A program made the position numbers and the translations under genes. The notes under the pieces are model-generated. The model was given only the letters and a program-made list of their open reading frames with translations, was not told the origin of the DNA and ran no database searches. This document shows positions 1 through 12,136 of a DNA stretch of 64,000 nt, piece by piece. Numbering within the stretch: the stretch's first letter is position 1; each line of letters opens with the position of its first letter. The stretch lies in NCBI GenBank assembly GCA_964016885.1, contig OZ024743.1, forward strand, positions 263,066,001 to 263,130,000, written 5' to 3'. Source of the stretch: Eledone cirrhosa (lineage: Eukaryota).

Positions 1-350
1 TTCGTTTCATTCTATTCCATTTATTATTTTCGGTGTGCCCGGCCGACTGAACTGACTCGATATGCAAATTAGGCTGCTCAGCCGTTAATATGCATAAGGA
101 AAATATATACTTTCAGACGTTCAACCATCTGGCAGGAAGGTATACAATGCTGACGATAGCTAATAAGCTTGAAACTAGTACATCGTTCCTGTGTCAGTGT
201 TGAACAAAAAGGTGTAAACACTGTACGGCGCAATTCGGGCTGTTTGTTTGTTTACAAACAAACAAACGGAGCATTATAATAAATGTTCGGTAAACCGATA
301 CGTGCATATATATATATGTGTGCATGTATGTATATATATACATACTACTA
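1..350 (+). repeat. Partial copy of the HHR-containing 434/464-bp repeat family (window edge)
   Basis: Shares atatgcaaattaggctgctcagccgttaat and gaaactagtacatcgttcctgtgtcagtgttgaacaaaaagg with the arrays at 42.7-48.3 kb. Confidence 0.9.
144..186 (+). ncRNA. Minimal type-I hammerhead ribozyme
   Basis: acaatg-CUGACGA-u-AGCU-aaua-AGCU-u-GAAA-cuag-UA-caucgu; palindromic ACUAGU stem III. Confidence 0.8.
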
Positions 351-569
351 TATATATATTTCGTTTCTGAATTTGTTTAGCAAGATTCTTTAGCTGAAAA
401 CGTGTGTTGAAACCGATATTGTTATACTTTGGGAGGGTCATGTTGCCAATAAGAAACACACGCACCAGTTGCTTTCACTTCAATTTATTATAATAAATTT
501 ATAAATTTAGGAATTTATAAATTGCCGGTTGGTTGGTTGGTTCCACAACCAGATGATTGTTTATATATT

Positions 570-612
570 GTCATAGTTCTTTCGTCACACATTCTGTGAC
601 CTCTTCAGTGAC
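570..612 (-). ncRNA. Minimal hammerhead ribozyme in PLE1 pLTR (CUA triplet)
   Basis: Minus strand: guca-CUGAAGA-g-GUCACA-gaaug-UGUGAC-GAAA-gaac-UA-ugac. Confidence 0.8.
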
Positions 613-813
613 TCGGGATTCTTTTCTTTGTTTTTGTGCCTCTCCATTGTTCTGTCCTTCGCCATTTTGTTTTTGTGTGTGTGTTGTGTGCTTAGTTTGC
701 GCATGTGTTACATCCGGGTGTCTCTGTGTGTTTATATTTGTTTATTTATTTGTTTATTTACATGTTACTGGTTGGTTGTTTGTTCCATGTGCGTGTGTGT
801 TTTCATTTTGTCT

Positions 814-2902
814 TGAATTGTAAGTTGTGGTCTTGCTGTTCCACTGATGTTTTCTATTTAATTTTGGTTGGAGTTCATTTATGTTTATTGCCTCTGTGAT
901 TTGTCTAAACATTGCGTCTTTTCTGTGTGTAGATTCTATTTTTATTTCTATGTTCTCTAATTTACCCTTATGTTCTATTTTAGCATGTTCGTAGAGTACA
1001 GATGATTCTTTACTATCTTGAAGGTCTCGCCAGTGTTCATTTATCCGTTCCCCTATACTACGAGCTGTCTCACCTATGTATACTATATTTTTATCTCTAC
1101 ATTGTCCTTCAGTACATCTTATGTTATATACTACATTTCTAGTTTTACAGTTAATATGGGGGCTTAATTTATAGATTATACATTTCTTATCTATACAGGG
1201 AAGTCTTTGAAAAGGGTATGTATTGCTAATTAGTGTTTTTATGGAGGTACCTGGTCTTTCTGCTATCTTAATATTGAGTTTCTGTTTATCTAGGGCCCTT
1301 CTAAATTTGTAAGCTAATTCACCTCTAGGGGTTGTATCGATGAACATTACACTCTGGTATTTATTGCTATCATACCATGAGTTTATTCTATTAGCCTTAT
1401 TCCTAGTTCTTTCTATTCTATTCCAAAATTTGCTCCTATACATCTGGCAGGTCCCATTTGTGTCGTTATTTACCATTTTTTCCCATTTGGTTCTGGCTCC
1501 TCTATATACTCTGATTTTATCTCTCTGATTGTAACCAGAGAACTGCATACGGTGGATGAAGTGTTGTATGTGTCTCTCTAGTTCTTCGGGGTTGCACATG
1601 CGGGACACGTTTCTCATCACCCGTACCAAATCCGCAATCTGTATATTGATTTTGGTATGGTCCGAAACAGCTGAGTTTCGGTGGATCAGATATTTGGAAG
1701 TCATGGGTTTGGCATAATGGGAATGGAGGATTTGTTTTTTGTTATTAATTGTTTCTACTTTTGGCACAAGGCCAGCAATTACCCAGTGCATTACTGGGAC
1801 TTTATTTTATCGACCCCCGTAAGGATGAAAGGCAACGTTAACCTCGGCGGGATTTGAACTAGAGATCATACAGGGAGGTAACTCTATGCTTCAAAGCATG
1901 GCGTCCGACCCTCTACCCATACTGCCAATCCACCGTTTTTTGTTATTAATGGTATCTAACCAGAGCTCTGTGTCTAGTACAGGTAATCGATGGTTGGGTG
2001 TTTGCTTGGGTAGTCTATAGTAACTCTAATACTCTGGTGGATGGAGTTAGCTATTTGCTGGATGCTTTCCATTGTGTTTTTCTCTAATTCCTGACTGTTC
2101 TCTAGTGGGGGTGTTTTAACTACGATGTTTATATCATCAACGGAGCGGGAGTACATTATCAGGGTTAAGGGGTCTTCTAATTGTTCTTTAAGTTTAAGTT
2201 TAAGTCTACTGTTCCACCATGCCACGAATAGGTTAGCTATATCGCCTGCAATGCTAACGCCAATGGCTGCTCCCTCCTCTTAGGCATATGTTTTTCCATT
2301 AAATTTGAACATATGTTCCTTAAGGGTTAATTTTATGCTGGCCCCCCACCGCATGAGCAATCATAAGTTTAAGTAGGAGTCCCAGCTTACTGGTATCAAT
2401 CCCACGGAATTCAACATTGCTCTCACTGATCATTTCTAGGCATTTCTCCACAGCAAGATCCACGTCAATAGATGGATACAGAGACACAACATCCATACTA
2501 ACTATTATGCAGTTTGTTAGGTCCCTAGATCGGTTACCCTCGCCGATTCTGCTGAGGAGGTCCTCCGTGCTGTCACATATATCTGGGGACATTTCAATGA
2601 CGGGGCGTATGATTAGGGAGAGGATGTATGAAAGTATGTAGTTACTAGCAATGTTAGCTCCACAGACTGGCCGTATTGATGGTCCTGTGACAGGGTCACT
2701 GCTCGTTTTATGGTCTTTTCGAAGCCCATACAACGCTGGCAAGTCATTGTTCCAGGCCTGGAAGTTGTTGGCAGTCCTTTTGTTGGGCTGCATTATATTT
2801 GTCCACATCATCATATGGGCATTGAGGGCTTTTTCCCTATCCTCATGTTCCTGTGGTGTTACCTCTCTTGTGTTAGTGATGTGGGTTGCATTGCCTGGAT
2901 GT
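814..2902 (-). pseudogene. PLE1 RT + GIY-YIG, 5'-truncated, frameshifted, internally deleted and SINE-interrupted
   Basis: ORFs 2320..2814, 1974..2225 and 754..1791 are nearly identical to the plus-strand copy. Confidence 0.9.
1750..1934 (-). mobile_element. tRNA-derived Meta-domain SINE inserted in PLE1, with a 16-bp TSD
   Basis: A/B boxes (tggcagtatgg, gttcaaatcc), Meta-like ccgaggtt..gcctttcatcc..ggggtcgataaa; TSD gttttttgttattaat at 1734-1749 and 1935-1950. Confidence 0.88.
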
Positions 2903-2912
2903 AGAATACCCA

Positions 2913-2955
2913 GTCACTGAAGAGGTCACAGAATGTGTGACGAAAGAACTTTGAC
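2913..2955 (+). ncRNA. Minimal hammerhead ribozyme in PLE1 5' pLTR (CUU triplet)
   Basis: guca-CUGAAGA-g-GUCACA-gaaug-UGUGAC-GAAA-gaac-UU-ugac. Confidence 0.78.
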
Positions 2956-3083
2956 AATATATAAACAATCATCTGGTTGTGGAACCAACCAACCAACCGG
3001 AAATTCATAAATTCCTAAATTTATAAATTTATTATAATAAATTGAAGTGAAAGCAACTGGTGCGTGTGTTTCTTATTGGCAAC

Positions 3084-6000
3084 ATGACCCTCCCAAAGTA
3101 TAACAATATCGGTTTCAACACGTTTTCAGATAAAGAATCTTGCTAAACAAATTCAGAAACGAAATATCGTAAGCCTTAGCCAGGCTAACAAGATACTGAA
3201 AACCACCATGTTCTGTTGTCTACGAAAAACAATAACATCTCGACAACTACACTCAATAAAAGAATGTGCCTCGTCCCGAGTTTACACCAACACCATCAAT
3301 ACCGATGTAAGAAGATTACAGCTCACCAAAAAGCAAGCAGATAGGCTAAAACGAACACTAATTCTAAACATAAAAAAGAAGATTTATAGAGAATTAACTC
3401 ATCAAGAAAAACATAAGCGTAACCTAATACAAGAAATAACTAAGATCATCACACCAAGAGAAAAATTAATATTTATCAACCTTATATATCCTGAAGAAAA
3501 GTACATTGTTCAAGAATGTGACAAGCACTTTAACAAGAAACTAAAGTGGCTCAAACAGATAAAACTAAATCAAGATACTTTAGAGAATATCAATAGATAT
3601 CCCGACAAAATTGACGGTATAAATATGGCCGACATCTCATTAACAGATGAATTCAACAACAACAACACAAATATATACGGCAACACTACGGTCGACTCTG
3701 ATGAATTATCAGTATTACAACTGCCACCTAAGTATGCCACATTTAATAAGGTAAATATAATTAAATGCTTGTTAGAAATAGAAAAATCATTTACAAAATT
3801 ACGTTGGAGCCTCAAAAACAAAAACAAATGTAACAACATATGCACACACACACACATATACAACACACATCCCAACAACAACAGACACACAGACACAAAC
3901 AACAATAACAACAACACACACATCAACAATAATAACATACCCAGAAACAACAACAGACACGCAGACACAAACAACAATAACAACACACACAACAATAATA
4001 ACATACACGGAGACAACAACAACAACACACATCAACAACAGCACACATCAACAACAACAACAACAACACACACACATTCAATACTTCTCACCACCACCAC
4101 AATCTTAACAAACACACAGACACATAAAACAGGTAATGACAGTAGCACAGAAATAAGGGAAGGTAATAGGATTGAAAGGAGAAGGGAGACTATGGACAGA
4201 GAAAATAACCAGGACGAACACACAGACACACAAAATAGAGTAGATAATAACAATGAGCCAGAGGAAAGAGACAGGAGTAATAATGAGAGACATAGAAACA
4301 ACCACGAGGCTGTTGGTGGAAATAGAAATAGAAACAACACAACTAACAATAACAATAGCATTAGTACACATAAAGCAGCAGCCTGGAACTCTACTTTTTA
4401 TAATCCTTCCGATAAGTCGTTCGACCTGCGACGAGTCCACGCCACAACTTTAGCTTTTAACAAACGCACGCAATTGCTGTCGCAGGTCGATGAAAAAACA
4501 GAAGCACAATTTAGTATAGCTAGATCTAAACTTAGAAATATTATAGAACAGAATAGCAAGAAGCATAATAGAATGGAGGCCCAGCAACTGGGAGAAAAAT
4601 CTGCAAATGGCTTGCGTAAGCTCATGCAGCGCTCGCATAATGGAGAGATAGCATGCTTTCCAACATACACGTCTGGCAGAATGTCGGTTGACAGTCTGCC
4701 AAACTACATCCAGGCAATGCAACCCCACATCACTAACACAAGAGAGGTAACACCAGGATAGGGAAAAATCACTCAATGCCCATATGATGATGTGGACAAA
4801 TATAATGCAGCCCAACAAAAGGTCTGCCAACAACTTCCAGGCCTGGAACAATGACGTGCCAGCGTTGTATGGGCTTCGAAAAGACCATAAAACGAGCAGT
4901 GACCCTGTCACAGGACCACCAACACGGCCAGTCTGTGGAGCTAACATTGCTAGTAACTACAGACTTTCATACATCCTCTCCCTGATCATACGCCCCATCA
5001 TTGAAATGTCTCCAGATATATGTGACAGCACGGAGGACCTCCTCAGCAGAACCGGCGGGGGTAACTGATCTAGGGACCTAACAAACTGCATAATAGTTAG
5101 TATGGATGTTGTGTCCCTCTATCCATCTATTGACGTGGATTTTGCTGTGGAGAAATGCGTAGAAATGATCAGTGAGAGCAATGTTGAATTCCGTGGGATT
5201 GATACCAGTGAGCTGGGACTCCTACTTAAACTTACCTATAGTAATAATTATCTGGATACATATGGCCTTAGCAACCTGTGTCCTACAATACCAGAAAGAG
5301 GCAGACCACCTACCATTACCTCAATGGCCAAGAAAACCCACACAGATAGATGGAACGGGTGGACCAGAGCCATACGGACCCCTGAAAACCACGATGAACT
5401 AAAGAAAATGATTGCACATGCGGTGGGGGCCAGCATAAAATTAACCCTTAAGGAACATATGTTCAAATTTAATGGAAAAACATATGCCCAAGAGGAGGGA
5501 GCAGCCATTGGCGTTAGCATTGCAGGCGATATAGCTAACCTATTCATGGTATGGTGGGACAGTAGACTTAAACTTAAACTTAAAGAACAATTAGAAGACC
5601 CCTTAACCCTGATAATGTACTCCCGCTACGTTGATGATATAAACATCGTAGTTAAAACACCCCACTAGAGAACAGTCAGGAATTAGAGAAAAACACAATG
5701 GAAAGCATCCAGCAAATAGCTAACTCCATCCACCAGAGTATTAGAGTTACTATAGACTACCCAAGCAAACACCCCAACCATCGATTACCTGTACTAGACA
5801 GAGCTCTGGTTAGATACCATTAATAACAAAAAACAAATCCTCCATTCCCATTATGCCAAACCCATGACTTCCAAATATCTGATCCACCGAAACTCAGCTG
5901 TTTCGGACCATACCAAAATCAACATACTGATTGCGGATTTGGTACGGGTGATGAGAAACGTGTCCCGTATGTGCAACCCCGAAGAACTAGAGAGACACAT

Positions 6001-6761
6001 ACAACACTTCATCCACCGTATGCAGTTCTCTGGTTACAATCAGAGAGATAAAATCAGAGTATATAGAGGAGCCAGAACCAAATGGGAAAAAATGGTAAAT
6101 AACGACACAAATGGGAAATGGGACCTGCCCCTTGTATAGGAGCAAATTTTGGAATAGAATAGAAAGAACTAGGAATAAGGCTAATAGAATAAACTCATGG
6201 TATGATAGCAATAAATACCAGAGTGTAATGTTCATCGATACAACCCCTAGAGGTGAATTAGCTTACAAATTTAGAAGGGCCCTAGATAAACAGAAACTCA
6301 ATATTAAGATAGCAGAAAGACCAGGTACCTCCATAAAAACACTAATTAGCAATACATACCCTTTTCAAAGACTTCCCTGTATAGATAAGAAATGTATAAT
6401 CTATAAATTAAGCCCCCATATTAACTGTAAAACTAGAAATGTAGTATATAGCATAAGATGTACTGAAGGACAATGTAGAGATAAAAATATAGTGTTCATA
6501 GGTGAGACAGCTCGTAGTATAGGGGAACGGATAAATGAACACTGGCAAGACCTTCAAGATAGTAAAGAATCATCTGTACTCTACGAACATGCTAAAATAG
6601 AACATAAGGGTAAATTAGAGAACATAGAAATAAAAATAGAATCTACACACAGAAAAGACGCAATGTTTAGACAAATCACAGAGGCAATAAACATAAATGA
6701 ACTCCAACCAAAATTAAATAGAAAACATCAGTGGAACAGCAAGACCACAACTTACAATTAA
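3084..6761 (+). pseudogene. PLE1 full-length ORF (N-terminus, Asn/His/Thr-rich linker, RT, GIY-YIG) broken by frameshifts and a stop
   Basis: ATG at 3084 inside the pLTR (MTLPKYNNIGFN, frame intact in the inverted copy); ORF pieces 3208..4761, 4784..5068, 5102..5668, 5864..6139, 6111..6761. Confidence 0.92.
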
Positions 6762-6962
6762 GGACAAAATGAAAACACACACGCACATAGAACAAACAAC
6801 CAACCAGTAACATGTAAATAAACAAATAAATAAACAAATATAAACACACACAGGCACCCGGATGTAACACATGCGCAAACTAAGCACACAACACACACAC
6901 AAAAACAAAATGGCGTAGGACAGAACAAAGGAGAGGCACAAAAACAAAGAAAAGAATCCCCA

Positions 6963-7005
6963 GTCACTGAAGAGGTCACAGAATGTGTGACGAAAGAACT
7001 TTGAC
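6963..7005 (+). ncRNA. Minimal hammerhead ribozyme in PLE1 3' pLTR
   Basis: Same sequence as 2913-2955. Confidence 0.78.
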
Positions 7006-7169
7006 ATTATATAAACAATCATCTGGTTGTGGAACCAACCAACCAACCGGCAATTTATAAATTCCTAAATTTATAAATTTATTATAATAAATTGAAGTGA
7101 AAGCAACTGGTGCGTGTGTTTCTAATTGGCAACATGACCCTCCCAAAGTATAACAATATATATATTTAA

Positions 7170-8275
7170 ATATATTGTTATACTTGGGAAGGTTGATATT
7201 GTTGTAATAATATTGCCAGAATTAATAACAGAACACACTCACTGTTTGGTTGGTTTTCACTTCTGTATCTTTTATATCAGTTAATTTATTCGGTCCTCAA
7301 TGTTTACCATTGACTGACCAACGGTAAAAAAATACAGATATAATAGACACAAACACATATATATAGTCTAACAAAGTTCTTTCGTTGCACATCTGCAACA
7401 TCGTCAGTGGTGCTATTATGTTCCTCCTGTTGTATTGTATATCTACGCCATCTTTATTTAAACTGTTTATTTACTTATTTATTTTTTCTTCTTCTCTGCG
7501 CATGCGTTTGCGTGTGTGTATAGTGTTACGTGTGTGTTCGCGTTTGGGTTACTGTGTTTTGGTTATTGTATTCTATCTTAGTTTACTAGTGTGTGTTTAT
7601 ATGTGTTTGTTGTTATTGTGCTTGTGTATATATTTATTTATTTATTTATATTTCTCTTAGGTCAGTATTGTTTGTTTGGGTGTTGTTATTCCATTTATTT
7701 TTTCTGATTAGCTTTGGCCTTCTAAGTTCTTTTTCACTTGCCTCTCTGATTTGCCTATCTGCTGGGTCATTTCTATGTTTAGATATTATTTTAATTTCTA
7801 TCTTGTCTATCTTACCGTCATATTGTTGTCTGGCTTGTTCGTATAGTACTGAACCGTTTTTTCGTCCTTTTAGTTCCCCCCAGTGTTGGTCTATCCTTTC
7901 ACCTATGCTACTAGCTTTCTCGCCTATGTAAGTTGTTGTCATGTTTCTGCAAGTACCCTCTGTACATCTTATGCTATAGACTACGTTTCTAGTTTTACAG
8001 TTTATCCGGGGGTTTACTTTACATATAATACATTTCCTATTAGTACAGTGGGTTTTCTTAAAAGGGAATTTTCTACTGATCAGGGATTTTATGGTAGTTC
8101 CTGGGTTTTCTATCACTTAATCTTTAAGTGGGTCTTTCTCAGGGCCTTTCTACACTGGTTAGCTAATTTCCCTTCAGGGGTAGCGTCCACGAACATGACA
8201 CTCTAGTATCTCTCGTTGTCGTACCATGAGGTGGCTTTCCTTATCTAATATTTAGTCATATCTAAGCTATTCCAT
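7170..8275 (-). mobile_element. Penelope-like element family 2, 3' fragment (GIY-YIG + pLTR)
   Basis: ORF 7646..8116 CTNRKCIIC..CKTRNVVYSIRC..YIGE; homologous to 60101-61220. Confidence 0.9.
7364..7415 (-). ncRNA. Minimal hammerhead ribozyme in PLE2 pLTR
   Basis: Minus strand: ca-CUGACGA-u-GUUGCA-gaug-UGCAAC-GAAA-gaac-UU-ug; weak stem I. Confidence 0.68.
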
Positions 8276-8347
8276 ATATATTATCTAAGCTATTCCAATA
8301 CTGGAATTGAACTTTCAAGACCGTTGAGGTATGTCATACATCAATTC

Positions 8348-8417
8348 ATGTATTTTATCTGACGAGGACGTACTGAAAAAACAGCACAGTACCTTCGAAA
8401 TATATATAATAAAACAT
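8348..8417 (+). ncRNA. Type-I hammerhead ribozyme (same family as 12.7-13.0 kb)
   Basis: uuuuau-CUGACGA-ggacGUACUG..CAGUACcuuc-GAAA-uauaua-UA-auaaaa; palindromic stem III. Confidence 0.75.
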
Positions 8418-8558
8418 ATATTTTGATTATGTGAATGTCTTCATTTATTAATATTTTGAATAATACTAATAACTCCAGAAAACTCTACCGTAGAGTAGTT
8501 TTAATCTATTGCAAAACTATATTCATTGAGTAATCAATGAACCATATTAAACTTTGGT

Positions 8559-8609
<51 letters not shown>

Positions 8610-8673
8610 GTTATTCCGGGTTGAATCGGAGGTAACCACAGTAGGTAAGGTACTCAATACATAGCAGAGTATA

Positions 8674-8720
8674 ATTCCTGATGATTTCTAAAGAATGAAA
8701 CAGTTCTAGTCCTGTAGAAT
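8674..8720 (+). ncRNA. Type-I hammerhead ribozyme
   Basis: auuc-CUGAUGA-u-UUC-uaaa-GAA-u-GAAA-CAG-uucuaguc-CUG-UA-gaau. Confidence 0.72.
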
Positions 8721-8734
8721 CTCATCTATATTAA

Positions 8735-8779
<45 letters not shown>

Positions 8780-8892
8780 AATTAGTATATAACAGCTCTA
8801 CGTAAACCTCCATTGCATTGAGCTTTTTTTAACCATCCGGTAAAGCAATTTTAATACTCAATTGCGGCATTTAGTTACACCCTTTTTTTACA

Positions 8893-9200
8893 TTTGGAGT
8901 TCAAATCCCACGGAGGTTAGGTTTGCCTTTCACCGTTACAAGGTCGGTAAAATAAAGTACCAGTCACGCTCTAAGGTCGATTTAATCGACTTTCTTCTCC
9001 CCCAAAATCGCTGGCCTTGTGGCTATATAAGAAACCATGGTCAGACGCTATGCTTTGACGCATAGAGTTACGGCCCTTGCCATTCTGAGTTCAAATCCCG
9101 CCGAGGTTAACTTTGCCTTTCATCCTGACGGGGTCGATAAAATAAAGTACCAGTAATGAACTGGGTAATTGTGGCCTTGTGCCAAAAGTAGAAACAATTA
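8893..9200 (+). mobile_element. Two tandem partial Meta-domain SINEs
   Basis: gagttcaaatccc and gcctttca..gtcg(g/a)taaaataaagtaccagt occur twice. Confidence 0.85.
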
Positions 9201-9210
9201 TTATTTCCAC

Positions 9211-9258
<48 letters not shown>

Positions 9259-9269
9259 CTGCATATATA

Positions 9270-10337
9270 TCTACTATATAAATTGGAAGTGGTCGGACGT
9301 TGTATATTTAAGTAAGTAGGTGTAGTCGGATAAACGTCGAAACGGCTTGGTGGAATGCAGCAAAAGTTTACACAGTTATGCAGAATGACCCGAGGAGGCG
9401 TTGGGTCGACGTTTAGGGTACAAGCTTCCATGGTTACGGAGAAAATCGATGAAACAGGAATTTCCCATTCAAATTGAACTGAGAGTAATCTGTGAACGCA
9501 GAAGTAAATATTTCGAGAAACGTTCCAACCGAGCGAAAACAGGAAGACGATATTTTGGTTCGTGAAGACGTTCCCTGGCAATGAACGGGAAAAAAAGCGA
9601 GGATAATACGTCGTTATGTGGAGCGTGAAGAACAATTTCATGCAAAGACAAGACCAAGTTTATGGTATAAAAGGAGTCGTTAGACTAATATTCTATTTAA
9701 CATAACAGAGTGATTTCCAGCCCCGGAGTTTAAGAATGATGTAAATAAGATTGAAAACGAAAATGACAGAGGTTATTAAAATAGTAAAAGTAAATAGGGA
9801 AGATTTAGGCCAGTACATACGTATGCCCCGGCAGACATACACATACATACGCACACACAAATACATACACACCCACAAACACACACACATACACACGCGT
9901 TTGTATAAAACTTATGCATTTCTACAGTATTTTCACCAAACTTAAGACATAGGTTACTTATGTACTCCGGATGGTCATGGGCACTTTCATTTTTACAGAT
10001 ACTGATTATAGGGCCCACCCGGCAGATAACCCCTTTAACCATTTCCTTGGAGTCGACTGAAGCACTGCAGTGCAATGCAACAAAACGTCATAACTTCTGG
10101 AGTTCGCAACCGATTTTCACAAAACTTGACACATGGGCTACGTTTGTCCTACAGATGAATGTGAACTCTCAGAATTGGCACATATTGAGTAGGGAACCCT
10201 GGGAGCAGGAACCTCCTTTTGGAAAAAAGCCGATGATTTTGTAAAAGTATAGTTTTCGAAGCAGCACTGAAGTATTGACATAAATGGTATACACAACTGC
10301 TATTTAATACCCGAGCAACGCCGGGTACCTCTGTTAG
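9270..10337 (+). mobile_element. Non-autonomous Helitron-like element
   Basis: 5' TCTACTATATA; 3' hairpin acccgagcaacgccgggt followed by ctgttag; internal CA-rich tract; part shared with 40960-41070. Confidence 0.55.
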
Positions 10338-10598
10338 TATATATATATATATATTCCTGCATATAGTGTGTGTGTGTCGAGTAACGTGGCTCACTGAGTG
10401 TTCAACTGACGATCGTAATTTCTCAAGTCCGGTTTGGTTTCCAGGAATATACCCTGGAATAAGATACTCTATTTCACGTTGCTCCAGTTTACTCAGCTGG
10501 AAAAAATGAGTCACATACAGTTACACGTAGATCCACATTCTATCTCACGTTGTATATGGTCGTGATTGTGTGTGAATGCATGTATGTTTGCATACATG

Positions 10599-10641
<43 letters not shown>

Positions 10642-10676
10642 CTGCACGTGTCTTTGTGTGTATGATTGCATGTGTC

Positions 10677-10735
<59 letters not shown>

Positions 10736-10833
10736 AGAAGCGATATTGAACACTTATTCTGTGCGTGTAGAGAAAATGAGTGAGAGAGAGAGAAAGAGGA
10801 AGCGATACTGAAGATTAATTTTGTGTGTGTGTG

Positions 10834-10943
<110 letters not shown>

Positions 10944-11184
10944 ATAGAGGAAGATAGAGAGATAGAAAGAAACAGAGAGAAAGGAAGATAGATAAATAGA
11001 TAGAGAGAGAGAGAGAGAGAAAGAGGAAGCGATACTGAACTCTCGTCCCATGTAAAACTAAAACCAGGAATATTCACCAAGTTCTAGTGACGTCACCTAA
11101 ACCATGGAATTGATGACATCATAGTGATGTTGGTGGAGTGCATGGTGGGGCGATGAACTAAAGCTGGTCTTAGTAAGAATTCTT

Positions 11185-11525
11185 TCTAACATTGGCACAA
11201 GGCCAGCAATTTGGGGGAAGGGAAACATCATTTATATCGACCAGAGTAATTGACAGATACTTTATGTCATCGCTCCCATAGTTAATCTCGGTGCAATTTG
11301 AACTCAGACGTAAAGAACCCGAGCAAATACTGTCACGTATTTGTGCGACACTCTAACGACTCTGCCAAGCCTGTGCCCTCTCTGGTCTTATTAATAATTG
11401 TTTCTACTTTTGGCACAAGGCCAGCAATTAACACAGTTCATTACTGGTACTTTATTTTATCGACCCCGTTAGGATGAAAGGCAAAGTTAACCTCGGCGGG
11501 ATTTGAACTCAGGCCATAAAGGGGC
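11185..11525 (-). mobile_element. Two Meta-domain SINE copies (one diverged)
   Basis: ggcacaaggccagcaatt...ttaacctcggcgggatttgaactc. Confidence 0.8.
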
Positions 11526-12059
11526 ATAGATGAGTGTTGGTTTCAGTGGTGATGTCAACAGAAGATGCCTCGGCGATTGTAATGGTTGAAGTGGGGTGGC
11601 TTGGCGTGACATGCGTTTCATGGTGTCGTCGGTTAAACGATCCTCGCCTTTGATAGTGACAGCGATGCCAGTGGTAGTGGTTGTAGTAGTGGTAGTGGTG
11701 ATAAATGGTTACGTGGTGATGGTAGCGGTGGTGTTTGTTGGTGTTGGTGACGTTGTTGTTAGTAGTGCTGGTGATTGAGGATTTGGACGTTTAAGGGTGT
11801 TATCGGAGCGGATCGATGAAACGATATAATGATGGTTGTGGCATATGAATGTGAACATCTGGGATACACCTTTGTATTGTGATAGGGATAGTGGTGGTGG
11901 TGATGGAAGGAGTCAGATGTATGGGAGTCGGGAGAGGAGATGAGAGGAGAGGAAATGACGAATACGCCAAAGATTGTGTGATGCGTTGTAAGAAGTAGTA
12001 AGAAAGTGGAGGAAAGCTATTTCTTTATTTCTGTAAGAATAAACAGAGAAAGGAATATA

Positions 12060-12133
<74 letters not shown>

Positions 12134-12136
<3 letters not shown>

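Larger units (their letters stand above)
356..7158. mobile_element. Penelope-like element family 1 (tentatively Naiad-like): inverted 5'-truncated copy (356-2902, -) joined head-to-head to a pLTR-ORF-pLTR copy (2903-7158, +)
   Basis: RT motifs (LYGLRKDHK, RPVCGA, MDVVSLYPS, GAAIG, RYVDD), Cys-rich linker, GIY-YIG (NVVY..IGETARS..ER..EH); direct pLTRs at about 2905-3165 and 6955-7158 plus an inverted pLTR at the left end. Confidence 0.93.

Noticed and set aside
5066-5068. In-frame TGA as selenocysteine (some Naiad PLEs are selenoproteins)
   Set aside because: The inverted copy has CGA (Arg) here, so it is a CpG-type mutation; no UGA occurs in the Cys-rich linker
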